Part shown: one piece after another, positions 15,378 through 38,003 of the stretch
Layout of the letters: each line of letters opens with the position of its first letter
Position numbering within the stretch: position 1 is the stretch's first letter
NCBI RefSeq assembly: GCF_009914755.1
Contig: NC_060931.1
Source: the human T2T-CHM13v2.0 reference genome, Homo sapiens
Direction: 5' to 3' (one strand)
Length of the DNA: 64,000 nt
The notes under the pieces: model-generated
Told to the model about the DNA's origin: nothing
What the model saw: only the letters and a program-made list of their open reading frames with translations
Database searches by the model: none
Position numbers and translations under genes: made by a program

Positions 15378-15505
15378 AAAAGTTTTGGAGAAGGATAGTA
15401 GTGAGGTTGCACAAAAAAAGAATGCACTTAATGCTACTGAACTGCACACTTAAAATGGTTAAATGGCACATTTTATGTTATGCATATTTTACTAAAATAA
15501 AAAAA
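15378..15505 (+). mobile_element. L1MB/MC 3'-terminal fragment
   Basis: gttttggagaaggatagtagtgaggttgcac...cttaatgctactgaactgcacacttaaaatggttaa. Confidence 0.7.
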
Positions 15506-17449
15506 TGAAGGTTAGTTGATGGTGTTTGGAGTGGCCAGATGAGGGAGATTTGTTCTGTTGCATCTATTTTTTCTATAAAATGATGTCTTCAAGGATGAGA
15601 TGGGTAGGGATTTTGAAGATTTGAGGAAAGAGACTAAATCTGAAGTAATCATGTCAGAGAATATGATTTTACTAGGAAAGTGTAATAGGGTTATCTATGG
15701 CAGTACACGGTGCCTCCTTGAAATCTGTGGTTATAAATTGGAAATAAGTTGGGTCAAGAGGAGCTGCTTTGGCACAGGGGTAGAGTAAATGGGTTGTTGC
15801 ATTAACCAGGGTTGGTATTTTTCCTAGGTGAGTTCAATAAAAGGAAAAACGGGCAAAGCAGCGAGGGTGTTTGCAAGGGAGTTGTCAGGATGCTGAACTG
15901 TGGAGTTTGACACCATACAATAAAATAAAATGGTGATAAAATAGTCTCAGGAAGACCTGGTTAGGAAGAAGCACAAATGAAGAAATGAAAAATAGTAAAT
16001 GAAATAGACATTGAGGACAATATTATCATTTAACAAGATGGAAATAGCTATACAACATTTAGATAATTGTTCAAGAATTCAACTTTCCTGAGTCCAATGT
16101 ATTTTAGTGTTTAGCTCAGAAACTAGACTTATGAAAGAATTTTTAAAAAGACTTTCTTTTGTAGGTGCCAAGTCTCTGTTGAGCTATTTTGTTTCCCCTT
16201 TGCTGTCATTTTAGATTCTGAGACCAATTTACCAGGAGTGTCTCGTTAATCTTCACTCTGTCCTTCAGAGATGGGCTACTTTCCATACAATTCCAGTTTG
16301 CAGAAGAGTAGGTTTAGAGGTGACACCTTCCCGTCATGCTTCACCTCAAATGTCAGCACCAGGACAGCTATAATGAAATACTAGAATATGGCTAGAACAA
16401 TGGCACTGGGAATGGGTCTCCTAGGTGTCTGTCAATTGAATGTGGGATGATTTGTTCTTGTTTCTTCCCAGAAATTGAAGTTAAGCTGGATTTGTTTGCA
16501 ATTTTCAGACATAGCACAATTCAACTTCATTGACTTGGTTATACTGACAAGCAACTGGTAACCATAAGTTTTCCAAAGAAGGTGGCTGCTTACAATGTGG
16601 GTAGAAGAAATTCTACCAGAATAAAGACCACATAGAGGACTAAAGAAGTCACTAGAGTCAAGAAACCACTCAGTGTTCAGGGGTCAGGTGGCTCATTATC
16701 AGCAAATCTATCATGTGTCATAGGAGAGATGAGGAAGAGCTGCAGAAAAATTAGGCCCTGTGGAATCTGACTCGTGGACAAGGCTCAGGACAAAAATCAC
16801 CCTTTTCAGCTATATTTCTATACACATTTTTATAGCTAGCAAGACTCCTTTCTATCCAACCTCACAAGGTATACTTGTACCTATGGCTTCTAAGGTCCTT
16901 GGATGAAAAAAAAAAAAAAAGAAAAGAAAATGGAAGGCTGAAGTTGCTTGGCAGACTCAAAACTATTTTTATCGGCTACATAGTCAACCCCAAACCATAG
17001 GAGTCAAACAGTGTCCTGGGCCACACCTGCCTCAGACATGAATCTTTTTACACAATCTCATGTCTTTGAGCTATGAAACAACTTATCAGCCCCCTTCCTG
17101 TATGTTCCACCCCTTCTCCAACATATCATCATGATCACTTATGTTCACACTAAAGACAGGAGGAGGGGGAAAGGTAAGAGTCTCCATCATGTTGCCACCT
17201 TTAATTTGCCTTCCGCTCACGAGATCACAAATGTGAAGTACCATACGTGTTTAAATAGCATAGATTTCTAGGTGATGACCCTGCTAAGAAGTTACTGATT
17301 CTCAGCTCAGCGGATCAGACTACATCTGATATAAAGTGAGATTGTATTAGCTTATATGGCTCTTAAAAAATGATATGTTCATCAAAGAGAGAGCCAGAAG
17401 AGGGAAGACTGGGCTATGATTGGGAGGCAAATCATGAAATGGGTGATAC

Positions 17450-17690
17450 TCCAAGATTTGGAGTCCAAGTGACCTGGATTTGAGTCCCAGCTCTTCCATT
17501 TTCTATCTGTGTGCTTTTTAGCAACTATTTAGCCTCTCTGAAATGTGGTTTTTGTATTTGTAAAATGAAGGCTCATGATGCCTGCTTCATAGGATTCTTA
17601 TGAGAATTAAATGTATGTGAATGTATATAAAGTACTTAGTACAGTACCTGTCATTTAGACATATGATGAGGGTTCAATATTTAGCATTTT
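17450..17690 (+). mobile_element. MIR
   Basis: tttggagtc...ggatttgagtcccagctct...tgtaaaatgaagg...tcataggatt...gagaattaaatg. Confidence 0.75.
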
Positions 17691-17954
17691 TATCCAGTTA
17701 TACAGTAAATATTATTTGCCTCTAGGGTTATGTACATTTTCTCCCAAATTAGAGTTGAGTGTACTGCACCCACTGCCCCTTAGCTCTTAGCCAGTCAGTA
17801 CCAGCTGCCCTCTCAGCCCCGAGGTAAAGTGAGCAGCTCAGACAGAACTGAGAGACATTAGCTTCGCCTGAACAGCAGCCTGAAGAAAGTCCAGCCATAA
17901 GGCTCCTGCAACTTTAGGGAATAGTAGTAGAAAGAAGGCCAACCTCCATGCTGA

Positions 17955-18054
17955 GAGTGGGTCAAATTCTAAATGTTTTTATTATAAAATAAACGATCTC
18001 TCATCAGAGAGATCGTTTATTTTATAATAAAAACATTTAGAATTTGACCCACTC
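17955..18054. repeat. Perfect inverted repeat with 48-bp arms and a 4-nt loop at the L1PA2 5' junction
   Basis: 17955-18002 (gagtgggtc...aaacgatctctc) is the exact reverse complement of 18007-18054. The loop is atca. Confidence 0.98.
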
Positions 18055-18820
18055 CATCAGAGAAATGCAAATCAAAACCACTATGAGATATCATCTCACA
18101 CCAGTTAGAATGGCAATCATTAAAAAGTCAGGAAACAACAGGTGCTGGAGAGGACGTGGAGAAATAGGAACACTTTTACACTGTTGGTGGGACTGTAAAC
18201 TAGTTCAACCATTGTGGAAGTCAGTGTGGCGATTCCTCAGGGATCTAGAACTAGAAATACCATTTGACCCAGCCATCCCATTACTGGGTATATACCCAAA
18301 GGACTATAAATCATGCTACTATAAAGACACATGCACACGTATGTTTATTGCGGCATTATTCACAATAGCAAAGACTTGGAACCAACCCAAATGTCCAACA
18401 ATGATAGACTGGATTAAGAAAATGTGGCACATATACACCATGGAATACTATGCAGCCATAAAAAATGATGAGTTCATGTCCTTTGTAGGGACATGGATGA
18501 AATTGGAAACCATCATTCTCAGTAAACTATCGCAAGAACAAAAAACCAAACACCGCATATTCTCACTCATAGGTGGGAATTGAACAATGAGATCACATGG
18601 ACACAGGAAGGGGAATATCACACTCTGGGGACTGTGGTGGGGTGGGGGGAGGGGGGAGGGATAGCATTGGGAGATATACCTAATGCTAGATGACGAGTTA
18701 GTGGGTGCAGCGCACCAGCATGGCACATGTATACATATGTAACTAACCTGCACAATGTGCACATGTACCCTAAAACTTAAAGTATAATAAAAAAAATAAA
18801 ATAAAAAAATAAAATAAAAT
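18055..18820 (+). mobile_element. 5'-truncated young L1 (L1PA2-like), ORF2 C-terminus plus 3' UTR and tail
   Basis: Open ORF2 C-terminus ([14 protein letters not shown]...FSLIGGN*). The 3' UTR has gatgacGAGttag and cttaAagtat (not Ta/preTa). TSD aaaataaacgatct 17986-17999 / aaaataaatgatct 18821-18834. Confidence 0.95.
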
Positions 18821-19207
18821 AAAATAAATGATCTAGGACCAGGTGTAGTTTTTGAGCACTTGGTACAAGTGGAATAAGTCATTGTTTGGTCCTCAAGAAA
18901 TTTAAGATCTAGCTGGAAGGGATAAGACCAGCACACAGGAAAAAGAAACTTGATATGTCAGAATGTAAAATGTGCCAAGTTAGTAGTACAGCTGATGGGT
19001 GAAGGAGAATGAGAACCCCGTGATTCAGTGTGGCTCAGGGTTTGGCTGGGCCTTGGATTCAGGACTGGATTCAGATGGAGGAAGAGAGGTGGGGGCATTG
19101 TAGGTAGGGACAGAGAGAGGGAATAGGAAAGCCTAAAGGAGTCTGTGTAGCCTGGTTCAATTATAGTAATAGGAGCTAGTGCAAAATATGGATTCACAGA
19201 TAGGTTG

Positions 19208-19619
19208 TGATATGGTTTGGATCTGTGTCCCCACCAAATCTCCTGTTGAATTGTAATCCTCAGTGTTGGAGGTAGGGCCTGGGGGGAGGTGATTGGATCA
19301 TGGGGGTGGGTTTCTCATGAATGATTTAACGCCATCGCCCTTGGTACTGTTGTCGTGATAGTGAGTTCTCATGAGATCTGGTTGTGTAAAAGTGTGCAGC
19401 ACCTTCCCCCTTTCTCCTTGCTCCTGCTCCTGCCATTTAAGACACCTGCTCCCGCTTTGCCTTCCACCGTGAGTAAAAGCTCCCTGAGGCCTCCCTGGAA
19501 GCAGATGCCCCATGCTTCTTGTAGAGCCTGCAGAACCTTGAGCCAATTAAATCTCTGTTCTTTATAAGTTACCCAGTCTCAGGTATTTCTTTATAGCAAT
19601 GTGAGAATGTACTGATAGA
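19208..19619 (+). mobile_element. MSTA-like solo LTR (ERVL-MaLR) within a degenerate antisense L2
   Basis: tgatatggtttggatctgtgtccccaccaaatctc...gagccaattaaa...ttacccagtctcaggtatttctttatagcaatg. Confidence 0.9.
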
Positions 19620-20398
19620 TCGCAATCTGATTTTGAAGAATATTGAAGTACTAGGGTAAGGAGCTTGGAATTTATCCAGTGGCTAAAGGGAAGTCATTGA
19701 AGGCTTTTGAAACAGAGGAGTAATTGCAAAAGAGATATTATTGAAAGATATATAAGATAGCTTAGAGGAGGTAAATAACTTAGCAAGTGACTGCAGTTAT
19801 CTAGGTATGATGTAATGGGGGGTGAAATATTTTTCCCCTTAAGGATAGGATCCCCCAAATATAATTACTGAGCTAAAGGGTATTAGCACTTCAGAGGCTC
19901 TCCATAAGTATTTCAAAATTGTTTTCCAATATACATTCCCATCAGTACAATAGGAGTCCATTTTGTAGCATTCTTGTAAGTAATATAATAAGTATTTTTA
20001 TTTTGAAAGTAAAAAAATATTTCAAACATATAGGAAAATGTAGAAAATTACATAAAGAATACCCACGTGCCAAAATACCCACCATCAAGGCAGTGGCCTT
20101 TGGTATGTAAAGCTAGCAAAAAGAAATGGCCCGAGTTTTATTTAGGCTCCAAAACTGATTACCTCACCTGTTGTATTCGTGCTCACCTGGTACATATACC
20201 CAAGAATTTGCCCACTTCATCAAGCCTAATGGCCAACTTCAGGCTCTCCAAGATTTATCACCCTTATGACTTTTTAAGACAAAAAGATTTTTTACAATAT
20301 TTAATGTGTTTAGTTTGCAGATGGCCACAAACAATTTTTGTTCTGCCATCACCTCTCTACCTTAAGTGTATTTCTTTTTTCTCATATCCAGTTAATTC

Positions 20399-20435
20399 AA
20401 TGTGTATGTGTGTGTATGTGTGTCTACGTGTGTGT
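20399..20435. repeat. Imperfect (TG)n microsatellite
   Basis: tgtgtatgtgtgtgtatgtgtgtctacgtgtgtgt. Confidence 0.7.
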
Positions 20436-20782
20436 TGCATGCCTACTCTGTCAAATTAACTGGTGGAGGATGAGCACAATATAGATAAAATTGGTGTTAG
20501 TTGGCAGTCCATTGGTGGGGGTCACTCAGTCTCGCGGTCATTATAGCTTTTTTTTAGTTTCCAAGCTTCTGCAGTCTAGCCATGAGAATAGTTCAATGCC
20601 AGCGGGCCCCAGAAGGATAGTTGTGTTTTCTGTTACAGTTTTGTTTTCCTTATTGAACCAATGATTATACATGCAGTGTTTTACAATACTTGTTCAAGAA
20701 GTCAGGACTCCCTTTTTGTTTCTTTGTTTTTTTTTTTCTGGTTAAATAAAATGTTTTATTATAATAAATCTCACCTGTTTCT

Positions 20783-25090
<4,308 letters not shown>

Positions 25091-25094
25091 CACT

Positions 25095-25170
25095 AGGGGG
25101 GCTGAACTTGCCCTTTTACAATGGCATTAATCTCACCCATGAGGGCAGAGACCTCCTGGCCTAATCATCT
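25095..25170 (-). mobile_element. MST-type MaLR LTR, left part (split by the L1MA insertion)
   Basis: aatggcattaatctcacccatgagggcagagacctcctggcctaatca joins cleanly to 30650-30747. Confidence 0.75.
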
Positions 25171-30649
<5,479 letters not shown>

Positions 30650-30747
30650 GCCTAATCACCTCTTAAAATTCCCACCTGTTAAAACTGTTACAATGCCACT
30701 TAAATTTAAACATTAGTGTTGGAGGGGACAAACATTCAAACATAGCA
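30650..30747 (-). mobile_element. MST-type MaLR LTR, right part
   Basis: cctaatcacctcttaaa...ggaggggacaaacattcaaacatagca, the antisense LTR terminus. Confidence 0.8.
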
Positions 30748-33446
30748 GGTGGCTATTGTAAGGAGTAAAGAGAAGAAAGAACAAAAAAAGGTGAAGACAG
30801 CGTAAGGGACTTCTGGGAGTCTATCAGGTGAACTAATATACGTATTATAGGAGTTTCAGAAGGAAATGAGAGAGAAAAAGGGGCATAAAGCTTATTTAAA
30901 GAAAAAATGGCTGAAAGTGTTTCAAATCTGTGAGGGAAATGAACATCTACATTTACAAAGCCCAGAGATCCAAATATGATAAACCCAAAGAAGTCTACAC
31001 CAAGACACATTACAATTGAATTGTCCAAAGTCAAAGACAAAAGAGAAAATTTTGAAAGTAGCAAGAGAAAGTGACTCATTATATACAAGAAAGCACATAT
31101 AAGACTAACAGCTGATTTCCCAGCAGAAACTTTGCAGGCCAGGATAGAGTGGGTGGATATATTCAAATTGCTAAAAGAAAAACACTGTGGAGAAAGAAAA
31201 TTATACCTGAAAAAACTGTCCTTTAAAAAAAATACAGGAGAGATGTAGAGAATTTTCCTGAAAGCAAAAGCTGAGGTTGTTCATCACCACCAGACCTGCC
31301 TTACAAGAAATGCTAAAGGGAGTTCTTTAAGTTGAAATGAAAAGATACTAAAGAGCAACATAAAAGCATATGAAAACCTACTGGTGAAGGTAAATGTGTA
31401 GACAAATACAGAATACTGTAATATTGTAATGAAGTGTGTAAATCACTTTTACCACTTGTATGAAAGTTAAAGGACAAAAGTATTAAGAATAACTATAATT
31501 ATAAAGTTTGTTGATAAATATACAATAAAGATGTAAATTGTGATATCGATAGTATAAAATGTGAGGTAGGAGAGAAATAAAAGTAGAGTTTTTGTGTGCA
31601 CTTAAAGTTAAGATGTTATCAGATTAAAATAAACTAATATAATTATAGGATGTTTTATGTAAGCCTTATGGAAACCATTAAGAAATACCTTGAATAGATA
31701 TACACACAAAAAGAGAAAGGAATCAAAACCTGCTCACTTGAAAAAATAATAAGTCACAAAGGAAAACAGGTGAGGAAGAGAAGACAAAAGAATTACAAAG
31801 CAGACAGAAAACAATTAATTTAATGGCAATACTAAGTTCTTACCCAGCAATAATTCCTTGAAATGCAAGTGGATTAAACTTCCAATAAAAAGACATAGAG
31901 TGGATGAATGGATTAAAAAACCCACCAAGATCCAACTAGATGCTATCTATAAAACACTTTAGCTTTAAGGACTCGCATAGGCTGAAAATGAAGGGATGGG
32001 AAAAGATATTCTATGCAAATGGTAATCAAAAGAGGGCAGGGTGGCTTAATTATATCAGACAAACTAAAGCTTAAGTCAAAAACTCTGACAATAGACAAAG
32101 AAGATTATTATATAATAATTAAAAAGTGAATTTATCAGGAAGATGTAATAATTATAAACATATATATGCACCCAATACCAGAACATCGGAATGTAGACAT
32201 TGATAGATCGGAAAGGAAAAACAGACAGCAATACAATGATACTAGGAGACTTTAACATTCCACTTTCAATAATGGTTAGAATATTCAAGCAGAAAATCAA
32301 TAAGGAAATAAGAAATTGAACAACATTATAGATCAAATAGACTTAACAGGCACACACAAAACATTCTACACAACAGCACCAGAATATACATTCTTTTCAA
32401 GTAACATGAAGCTGTCTCCAGGATAGATCATATGCTAGTTACAAAAAAGTTTTAACAAATTTAAGAAGACTGAAATCATACCAAATATCTTTTCCAAATG
32501 CAGTGGAATGAAACTAGAAATCAGTAACAGAAGAAAAACTGGAAAATTCACAAATGTGTGAAAATAACACATTCTTAACAGACACTGAATCAAAGGAGAA
32601 ATCAAAAGAGAAATTAGAACATATCTTGAGACAAACTAAAATGAAAACATATCAAAACTTATGGGATGCAGGAAAAGCAGTACTAAGAGGGAAGTTTATA
32701 GCAATAAATGTCCACAGTAAAAAAGAAGGCCATCAAATAAACTACCTAATTTTATACCCCTAGAAATTAGAAACAGAATAGATTAAGCCCAATGCTAGCA
32801 GAAGAAAGAAAATAATAAAGCTTGGAGCAAATGTAAATTAAATAGAGGGGAGAAAAAAATCAAAATTAAGAGTGGATGTTTTGAAATGAAAATGATTTGA
32901 TTTTTTTGAAATTTTTTTCTAAGAAAAAAAGAAGACTCAAATAAATAAAATCAGAAATGAAAAAGACCTTAACTGATGCCAGAGAATTGAAAAGGATCAG
33001 AAGGTATTACTATGGACAATTAGATGCCAACAAATTGGATAACTGAGAAGAAATGGATGAATTCTTAAAATCATGAAACCTACAAAGGTTGAATCATGAA
33101 GAAATAGAAAACTTGAACAGACCACTAACAAACAAGGAGATTGCATCAGTAATCAAAAACCTCCTAATCAAGAAAAACCTAGGACCAGGTGACTTCACTG
33201 GTAAATTCCATCAAACATTTAAAAAAGAATTAATACAAATCCTTTTAAAACTCTTCCAAAAAAAATGGAAGAGGGAATATTTGCAAACTTATTTTATAAT
33301 GCCAGCATTACCTTGAGACCAAAGTCATAAAAAGACACTACATGAAAAGAAAACCACAGTCCAATATCTCTGATGAACATAGATGCAAAATCCTCAATAA
33401 AATACTAGCAAACTGCATTCAATAGCTCATTAAAAGAATCATACCC

Positions 33447-33752
<306 letters not shown>

Positions 33753-34596
33753 CTATGACCAAGTGATATTTATCCCTAGGATGCAAGCATGATCAAACAC
33801 ATGCAAATCAATAAATGTGATAAACCATACTAACAGAAGAATAACATCACATATTATGAAGGATGAAAATCACATTTTTATCTCAGTAGATGCAGAAAAA
33901 GCATTTAACAAAATTCAATATCTTTTCGTGATAAAAAGTCTTATCAAGTTGGAAGGAATTTATCTCAACATAATAAGTGCTATATATGAAAAGACCAAAA
34001 ACATGATACTTAATGGTAAAAAAACTGAAAGCTTTTCCTCTAAAGTTAGGAACAAGACAAGGATGCCTACTCTTGCCACTTCTATTCAACATAGTACTAG
34101 AAGTTCTAGTCAGGGCAATTAGTCAAGAAAAAGAAATAAAAGACATCCAAGTCAGAAAGAGAGAAGTAAAATTATCTTTTCAGATGACATAATCTTATAT
34201 GTAGTAAATGGTAAAGGCTTCACCAAAAATTGTTAGAACTAATAAGTGAAATCAGGAGAATTACAGGATGCAAGATCAACATATGAAATCAGTTACATTT
34301 CTATAAATTAACAGTGATTGTCTTAAAAAATTTAGAAAACAACCTCATTAACAATAAGAATAAAATACTTAAGAATAAACTTAGCCAAGGAGGTAAAAGA
34401 TTGTACATTGAAAACTATAAAATATTGATGAAAATATTAAAGAAGTCACAAATAAATGAAAAGATGTCCTATGTTCATGGATTAGAATTAACATTATTAA
34501 AATGGCCATATTACCCAAAGCCATCTACAGATTCAGTGTAATCCCTATCAAAATCCCAATGACAATTTTTTAAAAATAAAAAACAATCCAAAAAAA

Positions 34597-34660
34597 TCAT
34601 ATATAGAACCACAAAATCATATATCATATATAGACCTCAAATCATATATAGACCTCAAAT
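34597..34660 (+). repeat. Micro tandem repeat (18-bp atcatatatagacctcaa x2 plus a degenerate copy) in L1 ORF2
   Basis: Exact copies at 34623-34640 and 34641-34658. A related copy starts at about 34596. Confidence 0.85.
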
Positions 34661-36229
34661 AGCCAAAGCAATCTTGAGAAAGAAGAACAAAGCTAGAGAC
34701 AACATCCTTCCTGATTCTAAAATATATTACAAAACTACAGTAATTAAAACAGTGTAATACTAGTATAAAAGCAGACATAAGTTCAATGGAGCAGAATAGA
34801 GAGCCCAGAAATAAACCCACATGTATGGCATCAACTTATCTTTGATAAGGGTGCCAAGAATGTGCAAGGGGAAAAGGATAGTTTCTTCAACAAATGGTGT
34901 TGGGAAAATGGATATCCACATGTAAAATAATAAATTTGGACCCTTATCTTATACTGTACCCAAAAATAAACTCAAAATGAATTAAATATTTAAATGTAAG
35001 ACCTGAAACTATAAAACTCCTAGAAGAAAACATAGGGAAAAAGTTTTCTGATGTTGGTCTTGGCAATGATTTCTTAGCTATGACTCCAAAAACACAAACA
35101 ACGAAAGCAAAAATAGGCAAGTGGGACTATATCAAACCTAAAAGCTTCTGCACAGCAAAGGAAACAACAGACTGGAAAGGCAATCTATGGATGGGAGAAA
35201 ATATTTGCAAACCACATATCTGATAAGGATTAATATTCAAAATCCATAAGGAACTCCTATAACTTAATGGCAAAAAACCCCAAACAAACCAAAACCCAAA
35301 ACCAAATAACTAGATTAAAAATTGGACAAAAGAATTAAATAGACATATTTCCACAGAAGACATACAAATGGCTAACAGGTATGTGAAAGGATGCTCACTA
35401 TTACTAATTATCTGGGACTACAAATCAAAACCACAATCAAATATCACTTTATACCTGTTAGGATAGCTGTTACATAAAAAACACACAAAAAATAACAAGT
35501 GTTGGCAACAATGTGGAGACAAGGGAACTCTTGTATGTTTTTGGTGGGAATGTAAATTGGTGCAGCCGCTATAGAAAGTAGTATGGAAGTTCCACAAAAA
35601 AATTAAAATAGGACTACCATATGACCAAAAAATTCCATATCTTGGATGAGAATTTGAATTAGCCATTATCAGATTGGTGGTTTCCAAAAGAGAAGCTAAT
35701 TAATTCTTATCCCAAGTAACTAAAATCAGTCTCTCAAAGAGACAACTGCACTCTCATGTTCATTGAAGCATTATTCATAATAACCAAAATATGGAAGTAA
35801 CCTAAATGTCCATTGAGAGATGAACAGATAAATAAAATGTGGTATATACATACATGAAATACTATTCGGTCTTTAAAATGAACATCCTGTAATATGTGAC
35901 AAGTGGATGAGCCTGGAAGACCTTATTCTAAGTGAGATAAGCCAGGAACATAAGGACAAATACTGCATTATTCAACTTATATGAAATATCTAAAATATGC
36001 AAAACCATACAAATAGAGAATGGAGTAGTAGGTTGCCAGGAGCTAGGAGAAGGGAGGAATGGGGGATTGCTGTCCAAGGAGTATGCAGTTTCAGTAACAG
36101 AAGACAAGTAAGTTCTACAGATCTGCCATACAACAGTGTGCTTACAGTTAACAATGTTATATTGTGCACTTAAACATTTATTAACAGGGCAGATCTAAAG
36201 TTAAGTGTTCTTACTACAATAAAAAGACT

Positions 36230-36592
36230 AATGCATTAAAAAGAATTGTTAGTTTATGTTTTTGTATGGATTACGCGTAAAGATGTAATTCTGTGACATC
36301 AACAACTGAAAGAGGTGGGGACTGAGCTGTAAAGGAGCAGAGTTTTTGTATGTTATTGAAGTTAAGCTGTATAAATTCAAATTAGAGTATTATAACTTTA
36401 GAATGTTAAGTGTAATCTCCATGGTAACCACAGAGAAAGTAGCTATAGAATATACACAAAAGGAAATGAGAAAGAAATGTAAATGCTTCACTATAAAAAA
36501 AACAAATACATACGAAGAAAGTAATGCAGGAAATGAAGGACAAAAAGAAGCTATAAGGTATGTAGAAAACAAATAGCAAAATGACAGCAGTA
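36230..36592 (+). mobile_element. L1M inter-ORF fragment
   Basis: tattgaagttaagctgtataaattcaaattagagtattataactttagaatgttaagtgtaatctccatggtaaccac, typical of the L1MC/MD inter-ORF region. Confidence 0.6.
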
Positions 36593-37230
36593 AATATACA
36601 CACAGTGGAATATTATTCTGCCTTAAAAAGGAAAGGAAGGCAAATCTGACGTACTACAGCATAAATGAACCTGGAAGACATTATGCTGAGTGAACTAAGC
36701 CAGTCACAGTAAGACAAATACTGCATGATTCCACTTACATAAAATATTTAGAGCAATCAACATTGCAGAGACAGGGAGCTGAGGCAGGAGGATCACTTGA
36801 AGGCTGAGAGTTTGAGACCAGCCTGGGCAACATAGCATGACCCATCTCTTAAAAAAATTAGCTTGGTGTGGTAGTGTGTGCCTGTAGTCCCAGCTACTTG
36901 CAAGGCTGAGGTGAGAGGATTGCTTGAACCTAGGAGTTCAAGGCTAATGCGCCATTGTATTCCAGCCTGGGTGATAGAGCAAGACCCTTTCAAAAAAAAT
37001 TGTAGAGACAGAAAGTAGAATGGTGGTTGCCAGGGACTGGGAGGAGGGAGGAATAAGGAGTTATTGTTTAATGGGTACAGAGTTTCAGTTCTGCAAATGA
37101 AAAGAGTTCTAGAGATGGACAGTGGTGATGGTTGTGCAACATTATGAATGTATGTAACACTACTGAATTAGAGATGTAAAAATAGTCAAGTCAGTATATT
37201 TTATATGTATATTTACCACAAGAAAAAAAA
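36593..37230 (+). mobile_element. L1MB 3' end, split by an AluJ
   Basis: gtggaatattattctgccttaaaaagg...gacattatgctgagtgaa...agtagaatggtggttgccaggg...gagttctagagatgga. Confidence 0.8.
36775..36998 (+). mobile_element. 5'-truncated AluJ
   Basis: AluJ-type ggaggatcacttga, gcctgggcaacatagc and aggagttcaaggct. TSD attgcagagacag 36762-36774 / attgtagagacag 36999-37011. Confidence 0.9.
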
Positions 37231-37249
37231 TTGTGAAAAAATTGCAAAT

Positions 37250-37740
37250 CAGAGAATGTTGCTCCTTATTGAAACTCTTCAACAGCTTCCCACTGTTCTT
37301 AGGATGTAAGCTTAATTGGCTACCATGACCCCTGGAGCCCTTCAGAATCTGGCTCTGCTTCTTCTGCAACCTTATCTCCTCCTTGCTGACCCTCACTCTC
37401 TGGACTTCTTTGCTATTTTTTAACACAACAGGCTCATTTCCACCCCAGGGCATTGGTACTTGCTGTTTCCACTACTGGAATGCTCTGTATGTAGGTTTTC
37501 ACTTGATTTGCTCATTCTAGTCATTTGGATCTTATTTCAGACTTGATCATCTTGTTAAGTAGGCCCTTTTTCATAGCAGTTACTTGAAATTATCTCAGGC
37601 ATTTATTTATTTTCCTATTTACATCTGTTTTCCCTCTTAAAAGACATAAGCTCTACAAAAGAAACTGGCTTGTCTGCTTATTCACAGTTTCCCTGCCCCT
37701 AAAGCATTATTGATATTTAATATTTGTTGAATGAATAAAC
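37250..37740 (+). mobile_element. L2 3' end
   Basis: Pyrimidine-rich L2 body ending aatatttgttgaatgaataaa. Confidence 0.7.
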
Positions 37741-37844
37741 ATTTTCATATAATTGCATTTATAAGAATGTCTTTCTTTTGGTTTCAAAACTGAATAACAA
37801 CTGGACTAGGTCTGTCTTTCCATTTAAAATGGGCTCTGAAGCTC

Positions 37845-38003
37845 TACGAGGTTCTAAACATGGATATGAGCTTCAGGAGGATCTGTGAACCTTTTGTAAT
37901 TGTTATGCCAGAGTATTGCACAATTGTGTGTTCATTTTTGTTGTAGTTTATAGCTTTCATCATCTACTTGATGGAGCTCATGTCTAAGAGCTTAAAAACC
38001 ACC
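37845..38003. mobile_element. MER103C-like hAT-Charlie DNA transposon remnant
   Basis: atggatatgagcttcaggaggatctgtgaacc...tatagctttcatca...ttaaaaaccac resembles MER103C. Confidence 0.55.

Noticed and set aside
17752-17823. Possible exon (ttag/agttg...ccgag/gtaaag)
   Set aside because: Both splice signals are mediocre and there is no supporting frame, so it cannot be supported from sequence alone.
17955-18054. Palindrome as a MITE (MADE1-like) or pre-miRNA gene
   Set aside because: One arm contains the L1 TSD and the native flank, there is no TA duplication or mariner TIR, and the structure is fully explained by the L1 junction. Small-RNA production cannot be judged from sequence.
18633-18660. 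G-quadruplex-forming G tracts (also 4975-5000 and the complement at 20946-20970)
   Set aside because: A standard feature of L1PA 3' UTRs, not locus-specific.
20748-20772. aaatgttttattataataaatctc resembling the palindrome arm (aaatgtttttattataaaataaacgatctc) near the second L1's 3' end
   Set aside because: Short, very AT-rich and gapped, so most likely chance similarity between L1 target regions.
34597-34660. Short direct repeats as a CRISPR-like or functional array
   Set aside because: Only 2-3 adjacent copies with no unique spacers. This is a slippage duplication in a dead L1.
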